In this document: one piece after another, positions 8,760 through 19,189 of the stretch
Layout of the letters: each line of letters opens with the position of its first letter
Position numbering within the stretch: position 1 is the stretch's first letter
Assembly: GCA_965240325.2 (NCBI GenBank)
Contig: OZ251223.1
Location: 4,278,001 to 4,342,000 of the forward strand
DNA: 64,000 nucleotides
Reading direction: 5' to 3'
Origin: Rebecca billardiae RCC1528
Taxonomy: Eukaryota > Protista > Haptophyta
The notes under the pieces: generated by a model
What the model was told of the DNA's origin: nothing
The model's database searches: none
Seen by the model: the letters and a program-made list of their open reading frames with translations, nothing else
Made by a program: the position numbers and the translations under genes

Positions 8760-11700
8760 CTACTGCTCGTCGCCGCCACCGTGCGCCGGCGTCGCCGCCG
8801 CCTGCCGCTCCTCGCGCCAGCGCTTGCACTCGACCCTGTGCGTCGGCCACGCCGCCTTGAGGCACGCCTGCGAGCAGAAGACGACGCCTGAGCCCCGGCA
8901 CTTGGAGCACGCGGACAGGTTGGCCGTGCCGCCGCAGCCCGCGCACGCCTTGGTGCGCTCGCGCGCGCGCGATGCCTGCTCGCCCGCCGCGCGCCCGCCG
9001 TCGGCGAGCCCGACCATCGTGGGCGCCTGCGAGTGCAGCGTGGCCGGGCTCGTCTGCGTGAACTTGGACGCGTCGAGCGGCGAGGGCGGCGCGCGCAGCG
9101 CGCGCGCCAGCGCCGCGCGCGTGCGCTCCGCGTCGAACGCGAGCGGGTGGTACGCCGCATCGGGCCCGGAGAGGGCGGTCGCGCGGTCGACGCGCTGCCT
9201 GATCTCGTTGTACTTCCCCCACCACGCCGCGCTGCTCGGCGGGTCGCGCTGCGTCTGGAGCAGGTGGATGGGCCGCTCGGCCGGGTCGCCGCCCGCGTGC
9301 TCGGCCTCGGCCGGGCCCTCGGCCGCGCAGTCGGTCTGCGCTCCTGGCCAGAGGCCGTTCAGCTCGGCCGCGATGGCACAGACCGGGCCGCAGTCGACGG
9401 GCAGCGGCGCGCCCGCGCCGTCGAGCAGCCGCACGCCCGCGACGGCCACGCCGCCGCCCGGCGCGTCCTCGCCCGCGCTCGCGCGCTCCCTGAGCGCCGC
9501 GCACTGCACGAGGTGCGTGTGAGCGTCGCCGAGGTCGTAGACCCACTCGAGCGCGTCGGCGGGCGCGCGCAGCAGCTGGCCGACGCGCACCTTGGTGTCG
9601 GGGCAGAGGGCGCCGCCGTACCAGAGGCACTCGTGCATGCCGTCGACGGGGCGGCTGGTGCCGAGCGCGCTCAGCGGGTCCTCGCGCTCGGCTTGCGGCG
9701 CGGCGGGCCCGAAGCACAGCGGCATCGGCTCGACGTCGCCAAGCACCGCGTCGGGCGCAGCGCCCGCGCCCTCGAGCAGCGCGCGCGCGCCGCCCTCGCC
9801 GCAGCGCAGCCGGAACGCCCAGAGCTTGTAGTTGCGCGGCCAGCCGAGCGCGGGCGCGAGCACCTGGTCGGCGAGCTGGCGCAGGCTCATCTCCGCGGGC
9901 ACCTCGAGCTCGCGCCACGGGTGCGGGTGCACGCCGAGCAAGGAGACTCGCAGCACGAGCGCGCGCTCGGCGCGGCCCTCGGCGCGCGCGCCGCTTCCGC
10001 CGCCGCCGAGTGCGGAGATCACGGCGCGGTTGCGCTGTGCCGCGCGCGCGCGGCGCTCGGCCATCCAGTCGGAGACGCGCTGGGCCTCGGCGTGCCGGCC
10101 GCGCGCGCGGTTGGCGTCGAGGCTGCGCCTGTCGTACAGCGCCACGCGCCCGTGGCACTTGTCGCGCGCGCTCAGCGCGCTCATCAGTCGCTCCGCCTCG
10201 GCGCGCGTCGCCTCGCACTCGGAGGCGAGCGCGGCGGCGTCCGGCCACGCCGGCAGCGGCGTGCGGCCGCCGTCGAAGGTGAGGACGGGCACGCCGCACG
10301 CGCCCAGCTGCTGCAGCGCGTGCACGCCGCGCACGCTCAGCGGCCCGTCGTACACGTCGACCGCGCGCACCACGCCGCCGTCCTCGCCGCCCCGCCGCGT
10401 GAGCGTCGTCTGCACCGCGAGCGCGCGCGTGGCGCCACCGAAGCTGACGTCCGCGCGCTCGGCGCCGTGCGGGTGCGTGCGCGAGACGGCGGTGGTGCGC
10501 GGGTACGGCGGCGCGGCGCCGAGGGCGGAGAGCAGCCGCGCGTCGTGCGGGGAGAGCGCCGCCACGTCGACGCCGTCGAGGCGCTCGAGCTGCCGCAGCC
10601 GCACGCGCACGGTCGCGGCCGGCGCGCGCAGCTCGACGGCCGCGCGCGCGTCCGCGCCTTCGTGTGGCCGCGGCGGCCGGACGACGCGGCCGACGCGCGC
10701 GTTGAGCTCGGGGCGCGCGTCGAGGCGCGCGAGCGCGACGCGCGCGCCCGGCGCCCCCTCGCTCCACGGCGCGCCCAGCAGCGGCGCGCACACGCTGAGC
10801 ACGCACTCGTGGCACGCCTCCCACAGCTCGGGCGCCATCTGCCGCGCGCCCTCGTCCAGCTCGGACACGGCGGCAAAGCCGTAGCCGCCGACAACGAGCA
10901 AGCGGAGGGCGGGCGGGCGGGCGGCCCACGCGGGCGGCGGCGCGCGCGCCGAGGGGCGCGGCGGCGGCAGCGGCAGCACCATCGCGAGCGCGAGCGCGGG
11001 CATGCCCTCCTTGCCCGCGTCGCGCTGCCCCGCGTCCTGCGCCGCCGGCAGCCGCAGCCACAGCAGCGAGTCAGCGCAGAGCGCGTAGCAGTGGCGCAGG
11101 TAGCCCTCGCTCGACACGCGCGGGTCAAGCCCGCGCGCGCGCAGCCGCGCGAGCTCCCACGGCGGGCGGCGCTCGGCCGCCTCCGCCTCGCCCATCGCCT
11201 CGGGCACGCCCACCGTGCCGTTGTTGAAGTAGCCCCCGCACACGAGCACGAGCGGGCCCGCGCCCTCGGGGCCGCGCGCGCACGTCGCGCACGCGGCCTC
11301 GGAAAGGTCGCGCGGCCACTCGCCGAGGGCGGGCAGGCGCGTCCAGCGCTCGCGCGCGGCCGGCTCGCCCGGCGCCGCCGCGCCGCCCGGCCCGAGCGGC
11401 GGCCCGAAGCACCAGAAGTCGCCCACCGAGCGCACGCGCTCGCCGCCCAGCCCGAGCAGCTCGCCGCCGTACACGAACACGCGGCCGCGGTGGCTCCACG
11501 CGAGCGCGTGCCGCCGCGCGCTCGGAAGCGCGCCGCCGCCGGCCGAGCCGCGCGCGTCCTCGAGCGGGCGCCACTCGCGCGTGGCGAGGCGGTAGGCCCA
11601 CAGCCGCGGCAGCCCCTCGATCACGCCGCTCGCGCCGCTCCGCGGCCGGTCGCCGAAGCCCACCACCAGCTCGGCGGCCGCGCCCTCGCCGCGCACGCAG

Positions 11701-12638
11701 CCGATGCCGTGCTCGCGCGGCTCGGGCTCGGACGCGGCGAGGGCGCGCGCGCGCGAGCCGCCGCCGCCGCGGCCGGCGCGGGGCGTGGCGGGCGCGGGGC
11801 GGTGGAGGCGCGCCCACTCGAGCGCCTCCAGGTCGAAGCGCCACACCGCGCGGTCGGCCGGCGGCCCGTCCCACTCGCCCACGCGCCCGCCCCACAGCCA
11901 GAGCGCGCCGCCGTGCGCGACGAGCGTGCCGCCCGCGCGCGCCGACGGCGCCGACGTCGTGCCGCCCGCGTGCAGGCAGCGCCAGCACGGGCCGGCGTCG
12001 GTCGGCTCGAGGGCCCAGAGCGAGTTGTCCGCCACGCTGGGCAGCACCAGCCCGGGCGGGCCGAACTTGCTCCCCGAGAAGGCGTACAGCGCGCCGGACG
12101 CCGCGTCCGCCGCCCACGCGCGGTGGAAGAGCGCGCGCAGCCGCGGCGCGCGCGCCGCGCGCGGCGGCGGCGTGCCGTCGACGAGCGGGTGCGAGCTGTC
12201 CCAGAGGCCGCAGCGCGCCTCGATCGGCGCGAGCGACGCCACCGCCGACGCCGCCTGCGCAGCCTCGGCCGACGCGTGCTCGGCGGGCGTCGCGGCGGCG
12301 CGCTGCACCGCCATCGCCGCGAGGTCGCGCACAGAGTCGGGGTGCGCGAGGCCGCACGCGGTGACGCGGCGCTGGCGCAGCTTGAGGCGCAGCGCGGCCG
12401 CGTCGGCCGACGCGTCCTCGCCCAGCGCGTCGAGCGCCTCCGCCACCAGCGCCGCCACCTCGACCGCGCTCGCGCGGTGCACCGCGCACGCCGACAGGTT
12501 GCCAAGCAGCCGCGCGCGCTCGAGCCCCGCGGCGGGCGCGGCGGCGAGGGCGGCCTCGTACGCGGCGCCCGCCTCGACGAAGCTGCCCGAGCGGAACAGC
12601 TCGTTGCCGCGCGCCTTGTGCGCCTCCCAGCCGCCCAT
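8760..12638 (-). CDS. TPR + Kelch repeats + SH3-like module + pRiA4b-ORF3-like domain + MYND zinc finger protein
   Basis: TPR HKARGNELFRSGSFVEAGAAYEAAL. Kelch PSARAGGTLVAHGGALWLWGG and PSARRHALAWSHRGRVFVYGG. pRiA4b-ORF3-like LRVSLLGVHPHPWRELEVPAEMSLRQL...ALGW...LEWVYDLGD...LLDGAGAPLPVDCG. MYND CAGC...CSKC...FCSQACLKAAWPTHRVEC. Confidence 0.8.
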   Translation of the reverse strand: MGGWEAHKARGNELFRSGSFVEAGAAYEAALAAAPAAGLERARLLGNLSACAVHRASAVEVAALVAEALDALGEDASADAAALRLKLRQRRVTACGLAHPDSVRDLAAMAVQRAAATPAEHASAEAAQAASAVASLAPIEARCGLWDSSHPLVDGTPPPRAARAPRLRALFHRAWAADAASGALYAFSGSKFGPPGLVLPSVADNSLWALEPTDAGPCWRCLHAGGTTSAPSARAGGTLVAHGGALWLWGGRVGEWDGPPADRAVWRFDLEALEWARLHRPAPATPRAGRGGGGSRARALAASEPEPREHGIGCVRGEGAAAELVVGFGDRPRSGASGVIEGLPRLWAYRLATREWRPLEDARGSAGGGALPSARRHALAWSHRGRVFVYGGELLGLGGERVRSVGDFWCFGPPLGPGGAAAPGEPAARERWTRLPALGEWPRDLSEAACATCARGPEGAGPLVLVCGGYFNNGTVGVPEAMGEAEAAERRPPWELARLRARGLDPRVSSEGYLRHCYALCADSLLWLRLPAAQDAGQRDAGKEGMPALALAMVLPLPPPRPSARAPPPAWAARPPALRLLVVGGYGFAAVSELDEGARQMAPELWEACHECVLSVCAPLLGAPWSEGAPGARVALARLDARPELNARVGRVVRPPRPHEGADARAAVELRAPAATVRVRLRQLERLDGVDVAALSPHDARLLSALGAAPPYPRTTAVSRTHPHGAERADVSFGGATRALAVQTTLTRRGGEDGGVVRAVDVYDGPLSVRGVHALQQLGACGVPVLTFDGGRTPLPAWPDAAALASECEATRAEAERLMSALSARDKCHGRVALYDRRSLDANRARGRHAEAQRVSDWMAERRARAAQRNRAVISALGGGGSGARAEGRAERALVLRVSLLGVHPHPWRELEVPAEMSLRQLADQVLAPALGWPRNYKLWAFRLRCGEGGARALLEGAGAAPDAVLGDVEPMPLCFGPAAPQAEREDPLSALGTSRPVDGMHECLWYGGALCPDTKVRVGQLLRAPADALEWVYDLGDAHTHLVQCAALRERASAGEDAPGGGVAVAGVRLLDGAGAPLPVDCGPVCAIAAELNGLWPGAQTDCAAEGPAEAEHAGGDPAERPIHLLQTQRDPPSSAAWWGKYNEIRQRVDRATALSGPDAAYHPLAFDAERTRAALARALRAPPSPLDASKFTQTSPATLHSQAPTMVGLADGGRAAGEQASRARERTKACAGCGGTANLSACSKCRGSGVVFCSQACLKAAWPTHRVECKRWREERQAAATPAHGGGDEQ

Positions 12639-12998
12639 CGCCACCGGGCGAGCGCGCGTGCGGGCTGCGCGCGCGGTTTGCGCTCGCTCGCGCGGAGACG
12701 CGGACTCGCCAGCGCAGACTCCGGTCCGGGCGGCTGCTTGCCGCCCCTGCCGCCCTGCGTGCCCAGCACTGCCGGAGTGCCGGCCTGCCGCAGCCCGCCT
12801 GCGCAGCCCGCACGGCTCCTTGTACGGGCTACCCCACCCCTGCCCCGCCACCCGGACCGGCACGGTCGACCGGTCGTTACGACTCGAAGAGGCTGTCATC
12901 ATCGTTCAGCTGAGTAGCGCTCGAAGGCGCGCGCCATCCGTCAGCGCTAATACTATCAGCTGAACGATGACAGTTGAATAAGAAGCGCGCGCCATCCG

Positions 12999-14677
12999 TC
13001 AGCTACCGGCCACAGCCCGCCGGGACGATTCGTCGTCCTGGACCTGGGAGCCTCGGGGCTCAGGCTGCGCCGGCCCGTCCGCCAGCACCGGCACGTGCGC
13101 ACTGCCGCCACCACCGCCGCCGCTGCTGTCGTGGCCGTCCTCTCCGCCGCCGGGGATCAGGCTCTCGTACAGCGCCGCCTGCTCGCGCCGCTGGCGCACG
13201 TGCATGGCGGCGGCCGCCGCGTACCCGAGCACGGCGAGCACGACGTTCACGAGGCACGTCGCGCCCATCGCCAGCGGGCGCGCGCCCGCGTGCGGGATGA
13301 GCGAAGGGAACGCGAAGTAACCGACGGTGCTCGCCAGCCCGCTCTGCATGATCGTGTTGGCGAACGCGCCCTCGCGGTTGTCCGAGAAGAGGTCGGCGAT
13401 CAGCGCGCGGTTCGGCCCCTCCCAGATCGCCCGCCCCACGCCGTGCGCCGCGTACAGCGCCAGCAGCGGGCGCCAGTGCCCGAGGGTGCTCGGTGAGAAG
13501 AGCAGCAGCGCCAACACCTCCGCGCCGAACATCGCCGCGCCGAGCTGGAGCACGGGGCCCTTGCCCACACGCGCGGAGAGCCAGGAGATGGGGAGCGAGC
13601 ACGCCGTCGCCACGCCCGAGATGACGGACGTGAGCACGCCGATCGTCGGAGCGCCTGTGGCCGCCGCCGCCGGCGCCGGCGCGTGACGCGCGCGCGAGGG
13701 CGCGCGGCCGGGCGGTGCGGTGCGCGCTCGTGGGCGCGCGCGCGCGACGCGCCGGCTCTGGGCGGTCGCGCGGCCCTCGGGCGCGGCGGCGCGCTCGGCG
13801 CGCCCCTCGCGCCGCGCGCACCCATCGTCGTCTTGACCAGCACGCCGTTCACGTAGAAGTTCATCAGCGACGCCATGAAGCCGAACGCCGTGTTGATGGG
13901 CGCGAGCAGCAGGATCTTGGGATCCCGCTGCATCAGCGCGAGCGCGAGCAGCAGCTTGGGCGAGCCGGGCTCGGCGCGGGGCGCGGCGCGCGCGGCGGGG
14001 GGCGCGCCCGGCGGCGGCTGCGCCTCGCGCAGCGGGCGCACGAGCAGCATCCCCACCGACGCGCCCAGCGCGACGCACGTGTAGATCACGAACAGCGCGG
14101 TGGGCGCGCGCTCCCAGCCCGGCCGCGAGAGCACAAACGAGCTCACCAGCTTGAGGCCGAGCTCGAGGCCGAGGTAGAGCGTGGCGAAGACGCCGGAGAG
14201 GAAGGCGGTCGCCGTCTCGCGCTCGACCTGCAGCGTGTACGCGTACAGCTCCGCCGCGCGGCCGAAGAAGTCGCCCTGCGCCGTCCAGTTCCAGCCGGCC
14301 GCCAGCCCGCCGAGCGCGGCGCCAAACAGCACCGCCGGCCAGCGCAGGCTCGGGCAGACGAGCGCGACGGCGTAGCTGCCCACGTACGCGCAGTACAGGA
14401 AGAGCCCCCAGTCCAGCGCGCCCTTCGAGCCGAGCCGGCGCACCACGTCGGGCGCGAGCAGCAGCGCGGTGAGCGTGTAGAAGGCGTACAGCACGCCCGA
14501 CGAGTACCCGCCCAGCTTGGGGCCGAGCTGCGCGGAGGCGAGGGCGAGGCACGAGGTGACGCAGCCGTGGTTGAGGGAGAAGCAGAGCGACATCATCACG
14601 AAGTTGAGGAGGATGCCGCCGGCCGTCGGCGGAAGAGACGCGCCTCGGCCGCGCGCGCCCATCGACATCGTCGCCAT
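12999..14677 (-). CDS. UNC-93-like MFS membrane protein (~503 aa); exons 14677..13822 and 13654..12999
   Basis: Multiple TM segments (NFVMMSLCFSLNHGCVT, LGGYSSGVLYAFYTLTALLLAP, LGGLAAGWNWTAQGDFF, FANTIMQSGLASTVGYFAF). A GT-AG intron at 13821..13655 joins the two ORFs in frame. Confidence 0.85.
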
Positions 14678-15014
14678 GGCGGATGGGCGTGTACGGTTGG
14701 CCGCTTGATTCAGACTTCAGACTTTGGCAGCCTCAGGAGGGCGGCTTTTCCGCGACCGCCATTGGTCCCGCCAGGTTGGACCTTGGCGGTGCCTCGGCGC
14801 CAGCACGCTGCGCCTCGCAGCTGCTGGCCCGGGCGATGGCGAGGGACAGGACGTCCCCCCGAGCGGCGAATGGCGGCGAGCCCACGCCCACTCGCAGAGA
14901 CGAGAGTGCGCGCCTGCCGCGCGTGCGCGGCGTGGCTCTTGCCCCGTGCGGCGCCGGCGGCTGACCGGCGGCCTGCGCGCCGCACGCCGCGCAGGGGTGC
15001 TGAGCACGGGCGAG

Positions 15015-18000
15015 ATGAGGATCGAGCTCCCGGGCGAGGACGTGAAGACCGACGAGGCGGGTGCCAGCCCGCCGGACAGGCGCTTCTCCTCCTCCTCGCA
15101 CTCGTCCGCGGGCTGGCGGCCGTCGTGCTCGCGCTCGCAGACCGTGCCGCTGCCGCGCAGGATGAGCGGCCCGGGCTCGGAGGCGGAGGGCGCGCGCGCG
15201 GAGGCCGGCTCGCCCACCTCCTCCCCCACCCTGCCGCCCGCGCCCGCGCCCGCGCCGCGCGCGCCCAGCCCGCCGCCGGGCGTGCAGACCATCCACGAGG
15301 GCAGCAGCCTGCTGAGCGTGAGCATGCGCGCCGACTCGCCGCCGCTCGGCGAGGGGGTGGCGTCCGAGAGCGAGGCGACGGTGCGGCGGCGCTCGCTCTT
15401 CCGCCGCTCCGCCTCGTACGACGCGTCGTACGGCTCGAGCCTCGGCCTCGAGGCGCTGCTCGGCGAGGCCGCGGCCGCCGACTCGTCCGAGCGGCTGCAT
15501 GCGGAGGTGGAGCGCCGCATGAGCCGGCCGCTGCCCGAGCTCGAGCTGGAGGGGCCGCACTCCGCGCCGCCGCTCGGGCGGTCGCGCGCGCGGGTGCGGC
15601 TGCGCGGCGCGCCGAGCGTGCGCCGCTGGCAGCCCGCGCACCGGCGCGACATCACCTTCGACTTCCGCGCCGTGAGCCCGCACGAGTCGGAGGTGCTCGG
15701 CCGCGCGCTGCCGCCCTCGCTCGGCCGCGCGCGCGCCGACTCGCTGTCGGGCGGCTCGGACTACGCGTCGCTCGTGCGGCGCGCGGCGATGCGGCCCGAG
15801 CCCAACGCCGCGCGCTGCTCCGCGCAGTACTGGACCGACGCCGCGCGCGCGCGCGACGTGGGCGACGCGGTGAAGCGCTTCAACGCCAAGCCGCGCGACG
15901 GGCTCGAGCTGCTGCGCGCGCGCGGGCTGCTGGCGGCCGAGCCGCCGCCGGGCGAGGGCGCGGACGCGGCGGGCGGCGTGGACGCGGCGGACGCGCAGGC
16001 GATCGCGACGTTCCTGCACGCGGCGCGCGGGCTGAGCAAGCAGCGCATCGGCGACTTCCTCGGCGAGCCCACCGCGCAGTCGGGCGCGGTGCTCAAGTTC
16101 TACACGCAGGCGCTGGAGCTCGAGGGGCTGCCGTTCGTGGGGGCGCTGCGCGCGTTCCTCACGCCGTTCCGGCTGCCGGGCGAGGCGCAGAAGATCGACC
16201 GGATCATGCAGGCGTTCTCCGCGCACTACCACACCTCCAACCCCGCCGTCTTCTCGTGCGAGGACACGGCGTACGTGTTCGCGTTCTCGCTGATCATGCT
16301 CAACACGGACGCGCACTCGACGCACGTGCAGCGCAAGATGACCGAGGACGAGTTCGTGCGGAACAACCGCGGGATCGACCGCGGGGCGGACCTGCCGGCG
16401 GAGGTGCTGCGCGCGGCGTACGCCGACATCCGGCGCACGGAGATCAAGACGACCACGCAGTTCGAGGAGCTCACGCAGGCCGAGCTGCTCGCGTGGCTCG
16501 CGCAGGGCTCGGTGTTCACAAAGTACACGCACGGCCGCGTGGGCGCGGTCAAGTCGCCGCGGCACGAGATCAAGCTGTGGATCGAGCGGGACACGCTGTG
16601 CTACGTCTCGCTCTCGCGGCGCTCGGGGCTGGAGAAGGCGGTGGGCGGCGCCGCGCCGCGCGAGAAGCGCGTGCCGCTGCACGAGATCCGAGAAGTGCTC
16701 GTCGGCGCCAACTCGGTCGTGCTGCGCCGCCGGCGCTCGCGCGAGGGCCAGCTCCGCGCCGACCTGTTCTTCTCGCTCGTGACGGGCGCGCGCACGCTCG
16801 ACCTGCACGCGGGCAGCCCCGAGCTCGCCGACTTCTGGGTGCGCTACTTCCGGCAGGTGGTGGAGCGCTCGCGCCTCGAGGCGACCGCGCGGCGCATCGC
16901 GCTGCGCGCGCAGCCGCGCGAGGCGTTTGTGGAGATGGCGGAGCGCGTGTGGGCGGCGGAGATCCTGCCCGCGTGGGAGGCGCAGCGCGGGCTGGAGCGC
17001 ACGCGCACGCTGTGGTGGGAGGGGGTGCCGCCCTCGCAGCGCGGGCACGTGTGGCTGCACGCGCTCGGCGCGCACCCGAGCCAGCGCGCGGACGCGGGCG
17101 GCGCGGGCGGCGCGCCCGCCGCCGAGCTCGAGCGACTCCGGCCGTTCGGCGCTTCGCACGGCGCCCCGCCCGCCCCGCCCGAGGGGTCGGCGCTGCACGG
17201 GCTGCTGCAGGGCGCGGGCGCGTGGCTCGACTCCGTGCTGCCGCGCGCCATGGCCGAGCTCTTCAGCCTGTACGGGTGAGGCGCGCCGAGCGCGGCGCGC
17301 GACCGCGCCGACGCGCGACGCGCGACAGCGCCGACGCGCGCCGCGCGCGCGCGCTCACGCGCGCGCGCGCGCGCGCCCGGCCGCGTGCCCCCTGTGCGCC
17401 CTCTGCGCGCGGCGGGCGCGCAGCCAGCCCTCCTCTCCGCTGCGGCGCGACGCGCTGGCCCTGCTCGGCGCGCTGGCCAGCGAGGCGGCCGAGGGCGGCC
17501 GTCCGGAGGAGTGGGTGCGCGAGCTCGCGCCGGACGCGCCGCTGCTGGGCGGCATGCTGCTGATTCACCTCGAGCCAGCGCTCGCGTACCGCGCGCTGCG
17601 CATACTCGTGCTCGAGCGCACGCCCGGCGGCGCGCACGCCGCCGAGCGCGAGTGGCGCAACCGCGGTGCGCGCGCGCGCCGCCGCGCCGCGCCGCGCGCG
17701 CGCGCCCGCGCCGCGCGCGCCCACGCGCGCGCCCGCCCCGCGCGCGCGCCGCGCGCCCGCGTGCCGCGTGCCGCCGCTGCCGCCGCCGCTGCCGCCGCCG
17801 CCGCTGCCGCCGCCGCGCGCACGCAGGCTTCACGCGCGTGCTCACGCAGGAGCTGCCCGCGCTCGAGCACTGCCTCTCCGCGCTCGGCGTGCCGCCCGGC
17901 TCGTACTTCAGCCGCTGGCTGCGCGCCATGTTCGTGCACGTGCTGCCGCTCGAGACGTGCAGCCGGCTGTGGGACTGCTACTTCCGAGACGGGGAGGCGC

Positions 18001-18643
18001 TGCTGTGGCGCGCCGCGCTCGAGCTGCTGCGGCTGCGCGCGCACACCATCATCGGCGAGTGCTCGCGCGACGCGAACGCGGCGGTGCGCCTGCTCAACGC
18101 GCCCGTCGACCCGGAGGAGATCTCGGAGGCGGTGCGCGCACAGGCCGCGCCGCGCGCGCCCGCCGCGCACGCCGCCCCCGCCGCGCACGCCGCGCACGCC
18201 GCGCACGCCGACGGGGCCGCGCACGCTCAACGGCCCGCTGCGCGCGCACGCCCCCGCCCCGCCCTCCGCTCGGCGCGCAGCGCCTCTTCAAGAGCATGCA
18301 CGAGCACGAGGGCGCGATGAGCGAGTGGCTGCCCCTGCTGCAGCAGCGGCTGCCGCTGCCCGAGCTGTGCTTCGACCTGCACGCCAACGCGCACGGCGCG
18401 GGGCAGCGCTCGCGCGGCACCTCCCTGTCTGTCTCGGACGCGGAGGACACCGAGGAGGGCGAGGGGCTCGAGCACTCGAGGCTCTCGACCGCGACCACCG
18501 AGACCGAGCGCACCGTCGACGACGACTTTGCCCGGCAGCAGGCGCACGCGGCACCGATGGTCTCGCCGGGCGCGGCGCCGCCGTGGAAGCCGGCGCTGCT
18601 GTCGCCGCGCGAGAACGGCGGCCGGCCGGCGCGCCCGTCATGA
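15015..18643 (+). CDS. Sec7 (ArfGEF) + PH + TBC (RabGAP-fold) fusion (~1056 aa); exons 15015-17275, 17424-17665, 17827-18131, 18281-18643
   Basis: Sec7 FNAKPRDGL, LSKQRIGDFLGE, FRLPGEAQKIDR, FSLIMLNTDAH. PH LAQGSVFTKY...TLDLHAGSPELADFWVRYF. TBC LWWEGVPPSQRGHVW and SRWLRAMFVHVLPLETCSRLWDCYFRDGE. Three GT-AG introns preserve the frame; the start codon is uncertain. Confidence 0.87.
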
Positions 18644-19189
18644 CTGCGGGCAAGCGCCGCGCCCGGAGAGCGCCGCTCGGATGGGCTCAGGCTGACCAGG
18701 AGCACTGTCGCGCGCGGCGCGCGGGTGGCCCGCGCCGTGTAACCTGAACAGCTGGGACGCTCGGCCTGACCCGAGCCGCGCCAACTGTCAGTGCCCGACC
18801 GTACTCAGCCCGGACTCGGGCGCGGCGGGCCGCGGGCGCGGCGTCGGCGCGTCGCGGCCGCGAGAGAGTGCTGCACGTCGAGCAGTCCTGTCGAGACCTG
18901 TCGGCCGGGTAGGCGTGGAAAGGTGGCCGTGGGTGACAGTGCTCCGAGGCTCTCCCGCCGACAAGCGGCAAAACCACCGTTGCGCGGCAAATGCGTCGGT
19001 CGCTCGTCAGCCGACAACTACGCCAACATCCCCATGTTCGTGATCGTGCCGCGCCGCCATCGTGGCGGTCGTACTTCGACTGCTGTAGTGCTGTGCGAGC
19101 GCTCGCACCGAGCACGCTTGCAACGGCGGGCAAGGGCGGCGCGCCCGACGACGCGCGTGGCAGCGCGGGCGCGGCCCTCTCTCGGCGCC

